From NCBI GenBank assembly GCA_007376445.1, contig VMGF01000001.1, positions 188,203 through 252,202 on the forward strand: a stretch of DNA of 64,000 nt, given 5' to 3'. The notes under the pieces were generated by a model that was given only the letters and a program-made list of their open reading frames with translations, ran no database searches and was not told the origin of the DNA. Positions 9,720 to 19,171 of the stretch are shown one piece after another. The first letter of the stretch is position 1. Each line of letters begins with the position of its first letter. This stretch comes from Parcubacteria group bacterium Gr01-1014_3 (GTDB taxonomy: Bacteria > Patescibacteriota > Minisyncoccia > UBA6257 > WO2-44-18). The position numbers were made by a program, and so were the translations under genes.

Positions 9720-10019
9720 TCAGGACAAGTCATCACCCCTCACTAAGACTTCGATAAGCTCAGTACAAATATTATATCCCAATTTTCCATCTATCAACAT
9801 CTGCTTCTTTGCGCGAGACCATCCTTTGATTTGTCTTTCGCGCATCGCGGCTTCATGTTTCCCCGGCCACTGCTCGCAATAGACGAACTTTATATCAGAA
9901 AACTTTTTTGTAAAAAGCGACTTTCCGTTTCTATGCTCTAATAATCTTTCCGTGGGGTTATCTGAGATGCCTACATAAAAAGTTTTCTGATCGCAAAGAA
10001 GCAGGTATACGTGCCACAT
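9720..10019 (-). CDS. stand-alone GIY-YIG nuclease
   Basis: MWHVYLL...FYVG...RL.EH..G...FT....E......A..RE.QIKGWSRAKK. Confidence 0.92.
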   Translation of the reverse strand: MWHVYLLLCDQKTFYVGISDNPTERLLEHRNGKSLFTKKFSDIKFVYCEQWPGKHEAAMRERQIKGWSRAKKQMLIDGKLGYNICTELIEVLVRGDDLS

Positions 10020-10039
10020 TTTAGTTATTCCACAATTGG

Positions 10040-10239
10040 CTTGCACTGAGTAGTTCGGCCTTGCTCACTACAAGTTTTCTGTAATGATTTCCGAAGTGCT
10101 TGCACTGAGTAGTTCGGCCTTGTTCACTACAAGTTTTCTGTAATGATTTCCGAAGTGCTTGCACTGAGTAGTTCGGCCTTGCTCACTACAAGTTTTCTGT
10201 AATGATTTCCGAAGTGCTTGCACTGAGCTTGCCGAAGTG
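10040..10239 (-). repeat. three tandem 59-bp units plus a 23-bp REP-like hairpin
   Basis: Units 10040-10098, 10099-10157, 10158-10216 (one mismatch in unit 2), then cttgcactgagcttgccgaagtg. Confidence 0.95.
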
Positions 10240-10330
10240 CGGTGAGGGAGAGATTCGAACTCTCGATACGGGTTTAAATCCGTATAACAGGTTAGCAACC
10301 TGCCGCCTTCAGCCTCTCGGCCACCTCACC
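10240..10330 (-). tRNA. tRNA-Ser(GCT)
   Basis: GGTGAGG acceptor, anticodon loop TTGCTAA, long variable arm, G discriminator. Confidence 0.95.
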
Positions 10331-10377
10331 AAAACTACCATTATACTAGTGCTTTTTCGCCAAAATTAAAAGACCTT

Positions 10378-10648
10378 GCCCATAATCCCGATATCAGCTC
10401 TCGCCGCGTTGTTGGCTACAAATGTTCAGATCGCGAAGAAGTGAATCTGAAGCTGTAGAGGTCTACTGCTAGGATTCATCTTTGAAGCGAGCTGACATTT
10501 TAGCAACAACCCGAAGGGATGCGCGGATTTTAATTCATAACTTTGTTGCTCGGATTCGGAGTAGATTTCCACACCTTCATCCTCGCAACTTCGTTCTGAA
10601 AATAAAATCTGCCGCATCGCGGCAGATATTGATATCGGGATTATGGGC
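10378..10648. mobile_element. MITE-like element with 19-bp TIRs and two long internal hairpins
   Basis: gcccataatcccgatatca (10378-10396) / tgatatcgggattatgggc (10630-10648). Confidence 0.7.
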
Positions 10649-10893
10649 TACTTGGGTCCTTCTTGATCAGTCTCGGCTTTACATCCTTCGCAAGCACAAT
10701 GCTCGCAATGATCCGCGCCCATCAAAACCCGGATGCCGATAAAAATGATCCCGAACACCATCAGCCCTAAACTGCTGATCATCGGTATGATCGGCGCCTT
10801 GTCGAGTGGCAGACAAAAACCGAAAAGAACGATCAAGCCGACACAGATCATCGTGAATGCGATCCGGAGCAATAGCTCGCCGAAGTTCTTCAT
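10648..10893 (-). CDS. small two-TM protein with Cys/His-rich tail
   Basis: Start MKNFGE after SD GAGGTG; HCEHCACEGC tail. Confidence 0.65.
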   Translation of the reverse strand: MKNFGELLLRIAFTMICVGLIVLFGFCLPLDKAPIIPMISSLGLMVFGIIFIGIRVLMGADHCEHCACEGCKAETDQEGPK

Positions 10894-10996
10894 CAACCAC
10901 CTCTTTTTAAGAATCCGGCTAAAGAATAAGACTATTTTCATGCTGCGTCAATCGAAAACAAAAAGACCCAATGGATGGGTCTTTTTCAAATTGATT

Positions 10997-11602
10997 TTAA
11001 ACTCTGCCGAAGTCATCGGCGATCCTTCGTTCGTCCATGTCGTCGGAGGGATAATCGGGATCCTTATCCCGTGAAATCTCGGCAAGAATCGCCCAGCCAT
11101 TGGTGCTGCCAAGCCGGTGCCGAAGGAGCGGAGGTATTCTGATCAAGTCGCCGGCGATCGCTTTGGTTGGACGCGGTTCTAGATCCGACCAGCTAACATA
11201 TACATTCACTTCGCCGCGAAGAACTCTCAGATAAGCATCTTTTCGCTCATGGACATGCCATGAAAGCCGCCTGAACTCTTCGATCGCTAAAATCTTTGGA
11301 CCAACCGGATGAAGTAATACTTCCTGAAGCCGACTGCTCTTTTCAAAGAAAGTTTCCAGAAATTTCGCCGCCTGGCTTTCGTGAATTTTGAATTCAATAC
11401 CCCATGGCTTGTTAACCTCGCTCATCGAGAATCCTTTCTCGGCTAAAGAAATGCTAACGTGTTCCGCTACCATTTCCTTCGGGGAATCATTGGCTAACGC
11501 CTTATCAATTTTGTAGGCCTGATACGCCTCGTGCATCCGAACCCCGAGAAGTATCAGCGCCAAAACAGCGACCATCATTCCGATGACAGCGAAGCCGCTC
11601 AT
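10997..11602 (-). CDS. hypothetical membrane-anchored protein
   Basis: Start MSGFAV after SD AGGGAG. Confidence 0.7.
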   Translation of the reverse strand: MSGFAVIGMMVAVLALILLGVRMHEAYQAYKIDKALANDSPKEMVAEHVSISLAEKGFSMSEVNKPWGIEFKIHESQAAKFLETFFEKSSRLQEVLLHPVGPKILAIEEFRRLSWHVHERKDAYLRVLRGEVNVYVSWSDLEPRPTKAIAGDLIRIPPLLRHRLGSTNGWAILAEISRDKDPDYPSDDMDERRIADDFGRV

Positions 11603-11704
11603 TTTTTTCTCCCTTCGGGCGATCAATTCGCACAAACGAATTGATTTAGCCTTGTGAAAAAGCTGACTATACCCTAACAGCTTAGTCGAAAATAAAAAAG
11701 CCCC

Positions 11705-12334
11705 TTATTGGGGCTTCCCGGATTTTTGCATCGCGCAATCAAAAAGTTCTTTCACTCGCTTATCGCCAGACTCCGCAGATTGCTGATAATGGTATGAAAT
11801 AGTCTCACCGAAAGCGGTGTCGCATCGGAAATTCAGCGAATAAGTTCCCGCTACTTCTTTCATCCATACTTCTAGCAATAGCGTTCGCCTTGAGCCGCTC
11901 CCGATCTCTTCGGGGGTGTAATTCTTATACAGAATTTTGGTAAAGCCATCCCCGTGTACTTCTTCCATCATCCAGCGCAATCGGCCATCCTCTGTCGCTT
12001 TTATCAAATCAGAAAACTGATCTTGATAGCCGAATTCGGCAAGAACTTCTAGGAGTCTGCGCTCATCATATCCTGCCATCTCCTTGAGCCTGGATTCGAT
12101 TTCTGCCTGGCGCGCTGCCTTTTTCTTATCAGCGTTCTTCCGAATTTCGCGAATTAGAACTCTTGTAAAAAACACGGGCGCGGCCGGCAAGAGCAAGCCT
12201 CCTACTAAAAAGACAATGTCATACCGATGGTCAACATGTTCAGACTGAATAAAACTTAATGATAATACGACGGTGATTACAAAAATGGCCCAGCTTAAAG
12301 CCGCCAATAGCCAGAGTCGCCAACTTGCTTTCAT
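11705..12334 (-). CDS. hypothetical two-TM protein
   Basis: Start MKASWR after SD AAGGAGG; TTGACT-17-TAATAT promoter. Confidence 0.7.
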   Translation of the reverse strand: MKASWRLWLLAALSWAIFVITVVLSLSFIQSEHVDHRYDIVFLVGGLLLPAAPVFFTRVLIREIRKNADKKKAARQAEIESRLKEMAGYDERRLLEVLAEFGYQDQFSDLIKATEDGRLRWMMEEVHGDGFTKILYKNYTPEEIGSGSRRTLLLEVWMKEVAGTYSLNFRCDTAFGETISYHYQQSAESGDKRVKELFDCAMQKSGKPQ

Positions 12335-12382
12335 GCCTTCCTCCTTGTTAAAAATCTGGCTATATATTATCATTTTGTTCAA

Positions 12383-13822
12383 ATGAAGTCAACTTGGTTA
12401 GATATAAAAAAGACCATACAGGCCGCTCCGAAAGACCCGGGAGTGTACATATTCTATGCTGATAAAACTCCTATCTACGTAGGCAAGGCGGCCAATTTGC
12501 GCGGTCGGTTAAAATCCTACTTAAAGATCACAGACTACAAAACCGAGGCTCTTCAAAATGAATCAACTTCACTAGAACCGATCGTACTCCGTTCGGATAT
12601 CGAGGCGCTCATCGAAGAATCCAGGCTGATCAAGGAATTAAAGCCGAAATACAACGTCCTTCAGCGCGACGACAAGTCTTATAGTTATGTCTATTTCACC
12701 AAGGATGTTTTTCCTAAAATTCTGATTGGTCATCAAAAACCTAAACCCTATACCCTAACCGCTAAACGCTATTCCCGCATCGGCCCCTTCACCGACAGTG
12801 GCTCGCTCCGGACCGCTCTCAACACCATCCGCCGGTACTTTCCATACTGTACGTGCATGCATTCCCACTTGCGGGATTGTCTTAACGCGCAAATTGGAAA
12901 GTGCCTGGGGTTTTGTTGTCTCGCTACGCGAGATCCCGCAAAGCGGGACAAGAAAACCGATCCCGCCGTCATTGCGAGTGAAGCGAAGCAATCTTACAAA
13001 AATTTAGGTAAGATCGTCCCGATTCTTTCAGAATCGAGGACTCTCGATCGTGTAACGATCGGAGCCACGTCCGCGACTAAAGTCGGGACTCGCGATGACA
13101 AAAAAGCGGAATATGCCAAAAACATTCGCAAAATAAAGGCGATTTTGCGCGGCCAAAGCCAGAAGCTCTTGAAAACTCTAAAAAATGAGAATGAAAAAAT
13201 GGCGCTCGAAAAAATTTTTGAACACAAGCCCTATTTGGTAGCCAATGGCCAATCGGGTTTAGCCAAAAGAGTTATTAGAAAAAACGAGAATCAGAATTCC
13301 CTATTGGCTAATCGCTATACCCTAAACCCTACCCGTGTCGAATGCTTCGATAATTCGCATCTGACCGGCAAAGAAGCCGTCGGCGCGCTGACCGCGCTCG
13401 TAAAAGTTAATGGCACCTGGCAGTCCGACAAAAACTCTTATCGGAAATTTAAAATAAGATCGGCCGACACGCAAGACGACCCGCGAATGATGGCGGAAGT
13501 CGTAGGGCGCCGCTTGCGCCATCCCGAATGGCCCTACCCAGAACTGATGATCATCGATGGCGGCATTACCCAGTACCGCGCGGCGAAATCCGTGTTTGAA
13601 AAATTGAAAAATGAATTCCCGGAAATCCAAAAAATTAAACTGATCTCAATGGCCAAACCACAAAAACTGGTTTACGGTCTCGCGGAAAATGATCTACCGA
13701 CCTCAATCGAAAAACTCGACAAAGAACTCCGCCAAGTTATCGAACACGCTATCTACCAGACCCACCACTTTGTAATTCGTTATCACCGCAACGTCCGCAA
13801 TAAGGCTTTTCTAGGCAAATAG
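12383..13822 (+). CDS. uvrC: excinuclease ABC subunit C (no HhH tail; several in-frame repeat insertions)
   Basis: PGVY/IYVGKA GIY-YIG domain, ECFDNSH, YRKFKI, IIDGG RNase H-like domain. Confidence 0.9.
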   Translation: MKSTWLDIKKTIQAAPKDPGVYIFYADKTPIYVGKAANLRGRLKSYLKITDYKTEALQNESTSLEPIVLRSDIEALIEESRLIKELKPKYNVLQRDDKSYSYVYFTKDVFPKILIGHQKPKPYTLTAKRYSRIGPFTDSGSLRTALNTIRRYFPYCTCMHSHLRDCLNAQIGKCLGFCCLATRDPAKRDKKTDPAVIASEAKQSYKNLGKIVPILSESRTLDRVTIGATSATKVGTRDDKKAEYAKNIRKIKAILRGQSQKLLKTLKNENEKMALEKIFEHKPYLVANGQSGLAKRVIRKNENQNSLLANRYTLNPTRVECFDNSHLTGKEAVGALTALVKVNGTWQSDKNSYRKFKIRSADTQDDPRMMAEVVGRRLRHPEWPYPELMIIDGGITQYRAAKSVFEKLKNEFPEIQKIKLISMAKPQKLVYGLAENDLPTSIEKLDKELRQVIEHAIYQTHHFVIRYHRNVRNKAFLGK

Positions 13823-13869
13823 GTTGTCATATGATAACCATTGACGGCCTGGTTGTCATATGATAACCT
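13822..13869 (+). promoter_or_regulatory. promoter with two identical 18-bp palindromic operators
   Basis: GGTTGTCATATGATAACC at 13822-13839 and 13851-13868 around TTGACG-17-TAACCT. Confidence 0.8.
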
Positions 13870-13876
13870 TCCTAGT

Positions 13877-14140
13877 ATGAACACTGATAAAAAAGAGTTT
13901 TTTTCAACTTCAGAAGTAGCCCAAAACCTCGGTATATCCAGGACGGCTGTGCTTAAAAAAATTACTTCTGGAAAATTGAAGGCCCAAAAAATTGGCCGTA
14001 ATTATGTTATCCACGCCGACGATTTGCCTATAAAGCATGGCGGAAAACTTACCAAAGAAAAAAAGGAGATCATCGATCAGGCTATTAAAAAAACAGTGAA
14101 GGATTACGGCGAGGCCTTGAAGTTGCTTGGCAAAGAATAA
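13877..14140 (+). CDS. excisionase-type HTH protein, putative antitoxin/autoregulator
   Basis: FSTSEVAQNLGISR...I.SGKLKA.KIGR.Y.I; C-terminus resembles Doc-partner antitoxins. Confidence 0.8.
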   Translation: MNTDKKEFFSTSEVAQNLGISRTAVLKKITSGKLKAQKIGRNYVIHADDLPIKHGGKLTKEKKEIIDQAIKKTVKDYGEALKLLGKE

Positions 14141-14143
14141 AAT

Positions 14144-14563
14144 ATGAACACCGTCTCTGTTCAAGAAGCTGAATATGCCGCGCATCGATTAGCAAAAGAG
14201 TGGATGAGTTGGAATGAGCCAATTCCAGATTTCGGTACACGTTTTCCTAATATTCTTGAAAGCTGTTTAGCTGCGCCATTTCAAGAGTTTGCCGGCCAAT
14301 CCCCGTATAAGGGATTGCTGGGTAAGGCGGGTATTTTATTTTATCTAATGATAAAAAATCATCCATTCCAGAATGGCAATAAAAGAATTGCCGTTACAAC
14401 CATATTGATTTTTCTTTTCAAGAACAAAAAATGGCTTAGCGTTGATAACACCAGCCTATACAACTTTGCTAAATGGGTTGCGGCCAGCTCCCCAGACGTA
14501 AAAACATCAACTGTTCTTGCCGTAGAACAATTCCTGGGAAAATATATTGTAAACTTGGAATAA
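14144..14563 (+). CDS. Fic/Doc family toxin
   Basis: HPFQNGNKR motif. Confidence 0.9.
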   Translation: MNTVSVQEAEYAAHRLAKEWMSWNEPIPDFGTRFPNILESCLAAPFQEFAGQSPYKGLLGKAGILFYLMIKNHPFQNGNKRIAVTTILIFLFKNKKWLSVDNTSLYNFAKWVAASSPDVKTSTVLAVEQFLGKYIVNLE

Positions 14564-14622
14564 TTTTCTAAATAAAAGAGGCCGCCTGGGGCAGCCGCTA
14601 AGTTATGATATTTTTTCGATCC

Positions 14623-14829
14623 TTACTCATCGAACACCCAGTTGATGATAATTCCCTTGCCGCCCAACCCAACCAGCATCTCGATGGCCGCCTGCGAAGC
14701 CGATCCGCGCACCATCATCATTCCTTTAATAGGTCCGCCCACATCCAGCTTGATAAACCCGCACTCTTCCAGCCGAGCTACCACCTGATCTAGTGTGGTT
14801 GTCCAGCAGACTACCTTGATCTTAACCAT
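14623..14829 (-). CDS. small hypothetical protein
   Basis: SD AGGAGG, promoter and terminator present. Confidence 0.6.
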   Translation of the reverse strand: MVKIKVVCWTTTLDQVVARLEECGFIKLDVGGPIKGMMMVRGSASQAAIEMLVGLGGKGIIINWVFDE

Positions 14830-14884
14830 TGGCGCCTCCTAAAAGACTGTCCGCAGAATATCACCAATCTGTTATAATTCAAAT

Positions 14885-15241
14885 ATGCTCAAGTTAATTA
14901 TCTCCTTAGTCTCTAATATAGTAGCTATCCTGGCCGCTGAATATTTCGTGACCGGCTTCCAAGTTACCCATGAACCGATCGGATTCGCGATCGTGGCCGT
15001 GCTTTTTATGCTCGCGAATGGCCTAATTCTCCCGATGTTGCGCTTCATTTTAAAGCCGATCATCCTGATTACCTTCGGCCTATTCTCTTTAGTCCTCAAT
15101 GGCGCTACTATCTATCTAGTTGATTTTTTCTCCGCAAACATTACAATAAGTGGACTAATGCCGTTGCTCTACGCGACAATCATTATCGGCATGGTCAACG
15201 CGACCTTCGCCTACGGAGCTAAAGTATTCAAACAAAGCTAA
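14885..15241 (+). CDS. YvlD-like 4-TM (phage holin family) membrane protein
   Basis: N.LI.P.L..I..P...IT.GLF.LV.N motif. Confidence 0.85.
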   Translation: MLKLIISLVSNIVAILAAEYFVTGFQVTHEPIGFAIVAVLFMLANGLILPMLRFILKPIILITFGLFSLVLNGATIYLVDFFSANITISGLMPLLYATIIIGMVNATFAYGAKVFKQS

Positions 15242-15245
15242 ATTT

Positions 15246-15464
15246 ATGTCAGATCTTATCCCAATCGCGCAAATCGTAGTTTCCGTTATTCTTATCGGCC
15301 TCATTTTAATCCAGGAGCGCGGCTCCGGCATGGGCGGACTTTTTGGCGGTGGCAACGATCAGGCTTATCAAACCCGCCGTGGTATGGAGAAAACTATTTT
15401 CGTACTCACGATCCTATTAGTAATAGCATTCGCAGTGTTAGCCTTACTGAATCTTGTTCTATAA
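15246..15464 (+). CDS. secG: preprotein translocase subunit SecG
   Basis: LILIQERGSGMGGLFGG...TRRG.EK. Confidence 0.92.
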   Translation: MSDLIPIAQIVVSVILIGLILIQERGSGMGGLFGGGNDQAYQTRRGMEKTIFVLTILLVIAFAVLALLNLVL

Positions 15465-17097
15465 AATAGCTTACATATTAAAGTCTTTGTCTAAGACCGA
15501 GCGAATGATCTTTTTCATCGCTTCGGCAATTTTGGCCGTCTCCGGTTCCATCTGGATCGTTTATCTTTACTACACCAACACTGTTCCCACTCCGATCCGC
15601 GGTGGCACCTACACCGAAGGCATGGTTGGCCAGCCGGTTGCCATTAACCCGCTCATCTCCTCTGAAAATGAAGCTGACCGCGACTTGATGACCCTGACTT
15701 TCGCCTCTTTGGCCGATCTCGCCGAAACCATTAAAATGGACGACACCAAAAAGATCTGGACCATCACGCTCCGACCGGAGTTAAAATGGAGCGATGAGGA
15801 ACCGCTGACCAGCGATGATGTGGTCTTCACCCTCGGCGTGCTTCAGGATTCGGAAAATCGCTCCTGGCAAGGTGTCTCCGTGGAGCGCCTTAGCGAGCGG
15901 GAATTCCGTTTTAACCTGAAAAATCCATACGCTTTCTTCGCGGACAATCTGAAAAATCTGCTGGTAGCCCCTCAGCATATTTTCGACAACATCCCTCCGC
16001 AAAACTACCGCCTTTCTAATTTCAATCTCGAACCAGTCGGTAGCGGCCCATACAAATATGCCGGTTATGAAAAACGAGCCGACGGTTTTATCGATAAATA
16101 CTATTTGGTCATTAATCCGTTCTACGCGCTGGAAAAACCGCTGATCAAAAATTTCAACTTCCGCTTCTTCCCGTCCCGCAAAGACGCGCTCGAAGCTTTT
16201 GATCGCCGCGGTATCGATGGCCTGGGCGGCTTGGATTACGCGGAAGCGGAAAGCCTCAAGATCTCTCACCAAGTCTTGGAGGCTGACTTGCCGCGCTACT
16301 ATGCGATCTTCTTCAACCAAAGCCTGCACGCGGCTCTGAAAGAAAAAGAAATCCGCGCCGCGCTGGACGCCTCCATTGATCGTGCCCGTATCTTGAAGGA
16401 AATTTTCAAAGATAACGCCGTCCGGGTTGATGGCCCGATCCCGCCGATCGTCGCTGGGTATGATCCAGAAATTTACGATGACGCGAAGCCAACTATCGAT
16501 CAGATCAAAGCCAGCCTCGATAAGGCCGGCTGGAAAGCCGATGATACAGGCCTCCGCTCTAAGGTTATCTCGAAAAATAAAGTAATCTTGGAATTTGAAA
16601 TGGTGATCCCCGACGCTAAATTCCTGACCGATACCGCCAATCTGATCAAAGAAGACTGGCTGAAGATCGGCGTAGTTTTGAAACCGGTAATCCTAAAATC
16701 CAGCGAGGTCCGCGACGTTATCAAGACCAGAAATTATAAAATGGTCATCTTCGGCAACATTCTTCACAATGGCAATCCGGATCTTTTTGACTTCTGGCAC
16801 TCCTCCAAACGCTTCGATCCAGGCCTGAACCTGGCTTTATATAGCGACAAAGTGATGGATACTCTGCTGGAATCGGTTCGCCAGAATTTTGATGAAACTG
16901 CCCGTCAGACCGATCTGTTTAAGATCCAAACTCTCATTTATCAGCAAAAGCCGGCTAGCTTCCTATTCTCTCCGAAATACTTCTACGCGGCCCCGCAAAA
17001 CCTGGGCGGTTTCAGCGCTAAACTGATCACCACCTCCGCGAATCGGTTTGAAAACATCAATCACTGGTATTTGAAGACCGCGAGAGTATTTAAATAA
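15454..17097 (+). CDS. peptide ABC transporter substrate-binding protein (family 5)
   Basis: KWSD..PLTSDDVVFT, PVGSGPYK. Confidence 0.9.
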   Translation: MFYKIAYILKSLSKTERMIFFIASAILAVSGSIWIVYLYYTNTVPTPIRGGTYTEGMVGQPVAINPLISSENEADRDLMTLTFASLADLAETIKMDDTKKIWTITLRPELKWSDEEPLTSDDVVFTLGVLQDSENRSWQGVSVERLSEREFRFNLKNPYAFFADNLKNLLVAPQHIFDNIPPQNYRLSNFNLEPVGSGPYKYAGYEKRADGFIDKYYLVINPFYALEKPLIKNFNFRFFPSRKDALEAFDRRGIDGLGGLDYAEAESLKISHQVLEADLPRYYAIFFNQSLHAALKEKEIRAALDASIDRARILKEIFKDNAVRVDGPIPPIVAGYDPEIYDDAKPTIDQIKASLDKAGWKADDTGLRSKVISKNKVILEFEMVIPDAKFLTDTANLIKEDWLKIGVVLKPVILKSSEVRDVIKTRNYKMVIFGNILHNGNPDLFDFWHSSKRFDPGLNLALYSDKVMDTLLESVRQNFDETARQTDLFKIQTLIYQQKPASFLFSPKYFYAAPQNLGGFSAKLITTSANRFENINHWYLKTARVFK

Positions 17098-17165
17098 GCC
17101 TACTTGATAAATTTGGAGTAGCGTGCTATTATCAAGTTAACGTTTACTTCTCCTCAGAAATATAT

Positions 17166-17249
17166 GCCGAGGTGGCGGAACTGGCAGACGCACTGGCTTC
17201 AGGTGCCAGCAGTCGCAAGACTATAGGAGTTCAAATCTCCTCCTCGGCA
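17166..17249 (+). tRNA. tRNA-Leu(CAG)
   Basis: Anticodon arm CTGGC-TTCAGGT-GCCAG, long variable arm. Confidence 0.95.
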
Positions 17250-17296
17250 CACAACTGTTTATTTAAACGTTGAATATAAACTAATTAAAAAAATTA

Positions 17297-19102
17297 ATGA
17301 TTAAACTTAATAAACCCGCCTCGCCGGCTAATCACGCTGACTTACCCGCTGAAGCAAGCCCCACTAGGCGAACTCGCATGGGTGAGCATGCAAAAGCTGA
17401 TCCGTCCGCCGAAGGCGCGAAGCCGAAAGCAGGAAGCGGTAACAAAGACGCCCTTCGCTTTATTCCGCTCGGCGGATTTGAGGAAGTTGGCCGCAATTGC
17501 GCCGTCTTCGAATATAAAGATGAGATCGTCATTCTGGACGTTGGCTTGCAGTTCCCCGAAGAAGAAACTCCGGGTATCGATTTTATTATCCCAAACGTTT
17601 CTTATCTCAAAGATAAAGTTAAAAATATCAAAGCCATCGTTCTGACTCATGGCCACTACGACCATATTGGCGCCATTCCTTATCTGATGGAGAAATTGGG
17701 CAATCCGCCTATCTACTGCACCGAACTCACGAAAGCCATCGTCCTGAAACGCCAGGAAGAGTTTATTAATGCTCCTAAACTTCAGATCCATGTCGTTAAA
17801 AATTGGGATGAGATTAAATTCGGTGAACATTTCTCCGCGCAATTCTTCGGAGTAGAACACAATATCCCGGACACCACCGGCGTAATTCTCAAAACCCCGG
17901 TCGGTAACCTGGTTCATTTTGCCGACTTCAAGATCGGCTATGACGAAGCGGGCAATCCGGAAAAATTGGATGAATTCGAGAAAGTCGGCAAACAAGGCAT
18001 TTTGGCGTTATTGCTCGACAGCACCAACGCGGAAGAAGAAGGCCGGTCCCTTTCCGAGCGCGTGGTAGAAAAAAATCTGGAAATTCTATTTAAAGCCGCG
18101 CCAGGCAGAATTGTCGTGGCTATTTTCGCTTCACTCTTAACCCGCATCGCTGAAATTATAAAAATCGCCGAACGAATGGGTAAGAAAATCATTCTGGGCG
18201 GACGCACTATGATTAGCAACGTGCAGATTTCCCAAAACCTCGGCTACATCAAGCCAAAAACTGGCACGATCGTGCCAGTCGAAGAAATGCACAAATATAA
18301 AGACGATAAGATTCTGATGCTGACCACCGGCGCGCAGGGCGAACCGAACGCCAGCTTGATGCGCATCGCCAACGGCGAACATCGCCAGGTCCGGGTCAAA
18401 AATACCGATACCTTCATCTTCTCTTCATCCGCTATTCCTGGCAATGAACGCAGTATTCAGGTTTTGAAAGACAATCTCTGCCGTCAGGGCGGTAAAGTTT
18501 ATCATTCCCGCATTGTGGATATCCACTCCAGCGGCCACGCTCCACAGGAAGAATTGAAAACCGTTATTAAACTGATCAAGCCGAAATTCTTAATTCCGGT
18601 ACACGGCTATTTCTTTATGCGCGCGACTAATTCAGAGGTCGGCCAAAGCGTCGGCATTAAAAAAGAAAATTGCATTCTCATCGACAATGGCCAGGTAGTT
18701 GAAATGACGAAAGATAGCTATAAGGTCACGAATGAGATCGTGGACACCTTCTATATCATGGTTGATGGCCTTGGTGTTGGTGATGTCGGCGAAGTCGTTA
18801 TGCGCGATCGATTAGCTCTGGCCGAGGAAGGCATGTTGGTTATTATTACTACGCTCAGCCGGCAAACCGGACAATTGCTTAAAAATCCAGACATCATCTC
18901 CCGCGGATTTATCTATTTGAAAGACAATCAGCACGTCTTAGATGATATCCGCCGCAAGATCCGGAGTATTCTTGGCAACATTAAACAGAAAGAGGTAGAT
19001 GGCGATTACTTAAAGACTATCCTTCGAGACCAAATTGGCCAGTTATTGTATACTAAGACCAAGCGACGCCCGATGATTCTCCCGGTCGTCATTGAAGTAT
19101 AA
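17297..19102 (+). CDS. rnj: ribonuclease J
   Basis: PLGG.EEVG.N, THGHYDHIG, HSSGH, RRPMILP. Confidence 0.96.
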   Translation: MIKLNKPASPANHADLPAEASPTRRTRMGEHAKADPSAEGAKPKAGSGNKDALRFIPLGGFEEVGRNCAVFEYKDEIVILDVGLQFPEEETPGIDFIIPNVSYLKDKVKNIKAIVLTHGHYDHIGAIPYLMEKLGNPPIYCTELTKAIVLKRQEEFINAPKLQIHVVKNWDEIKFGEHFSAQFFGVEHNIPDTTGVILKTPVGNLVHFADFKIGYDEAGNPEKLDEFEKVGKQGILALLLDSTNAEEEGRSLSERVVEKNLEILFKAAPGRIVVAIFASLLTRIAEIIKIAERMGKKIILGGRTMISNVQISQNLGYIKPKTGTIVPVEEMHKYKDDKILMLTTGAQGEPNASLMRIANGEHRQVRVKNTDTFIFSSSAIPGNERSIQVLKDNLCRQGGKVYHSRIVDIHSSGHAPQEELKTVIKLIKPKFLIPVHGYFFMRATNSEVGQSVGIKKENCILIDNGQVVEMTKDSYKVTNEIVDTFYIMVDGLGVGDVGEVVMRDRLALAEEGMLVIITTLSRQTGQLLKNPDIISRGFIYLKDNQHVLDDIRRKIRSILGNIKQKEVDGDYLKTILRDQIGQLLYTKTKRRPMILPVVIEV

Positions 19103-19171
19103 TCAAATTTTAAGTTCTAAATTTTTAATTTTAAATTAAATTAAAATTTATAATTAAAAATTTAAAATTCA

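Noticed and set aside
10040-10216. 59-bp tandem units as a CRISPR array
   Set aside because: Units are essentially identical end to end, with no unique spacers and no cas genes in the window
1700-12334. Integron cassette array
   Set aside because: No integron integrase or attC-like sites; accessory genes have their own promoters and are interleaved with core genes
14885-15241. Prophage suggested by holin-family and excisionase-like genes
   Set aside because: No structural, terminase or integrase genes; the YvlD-like gene is in an operon with secG
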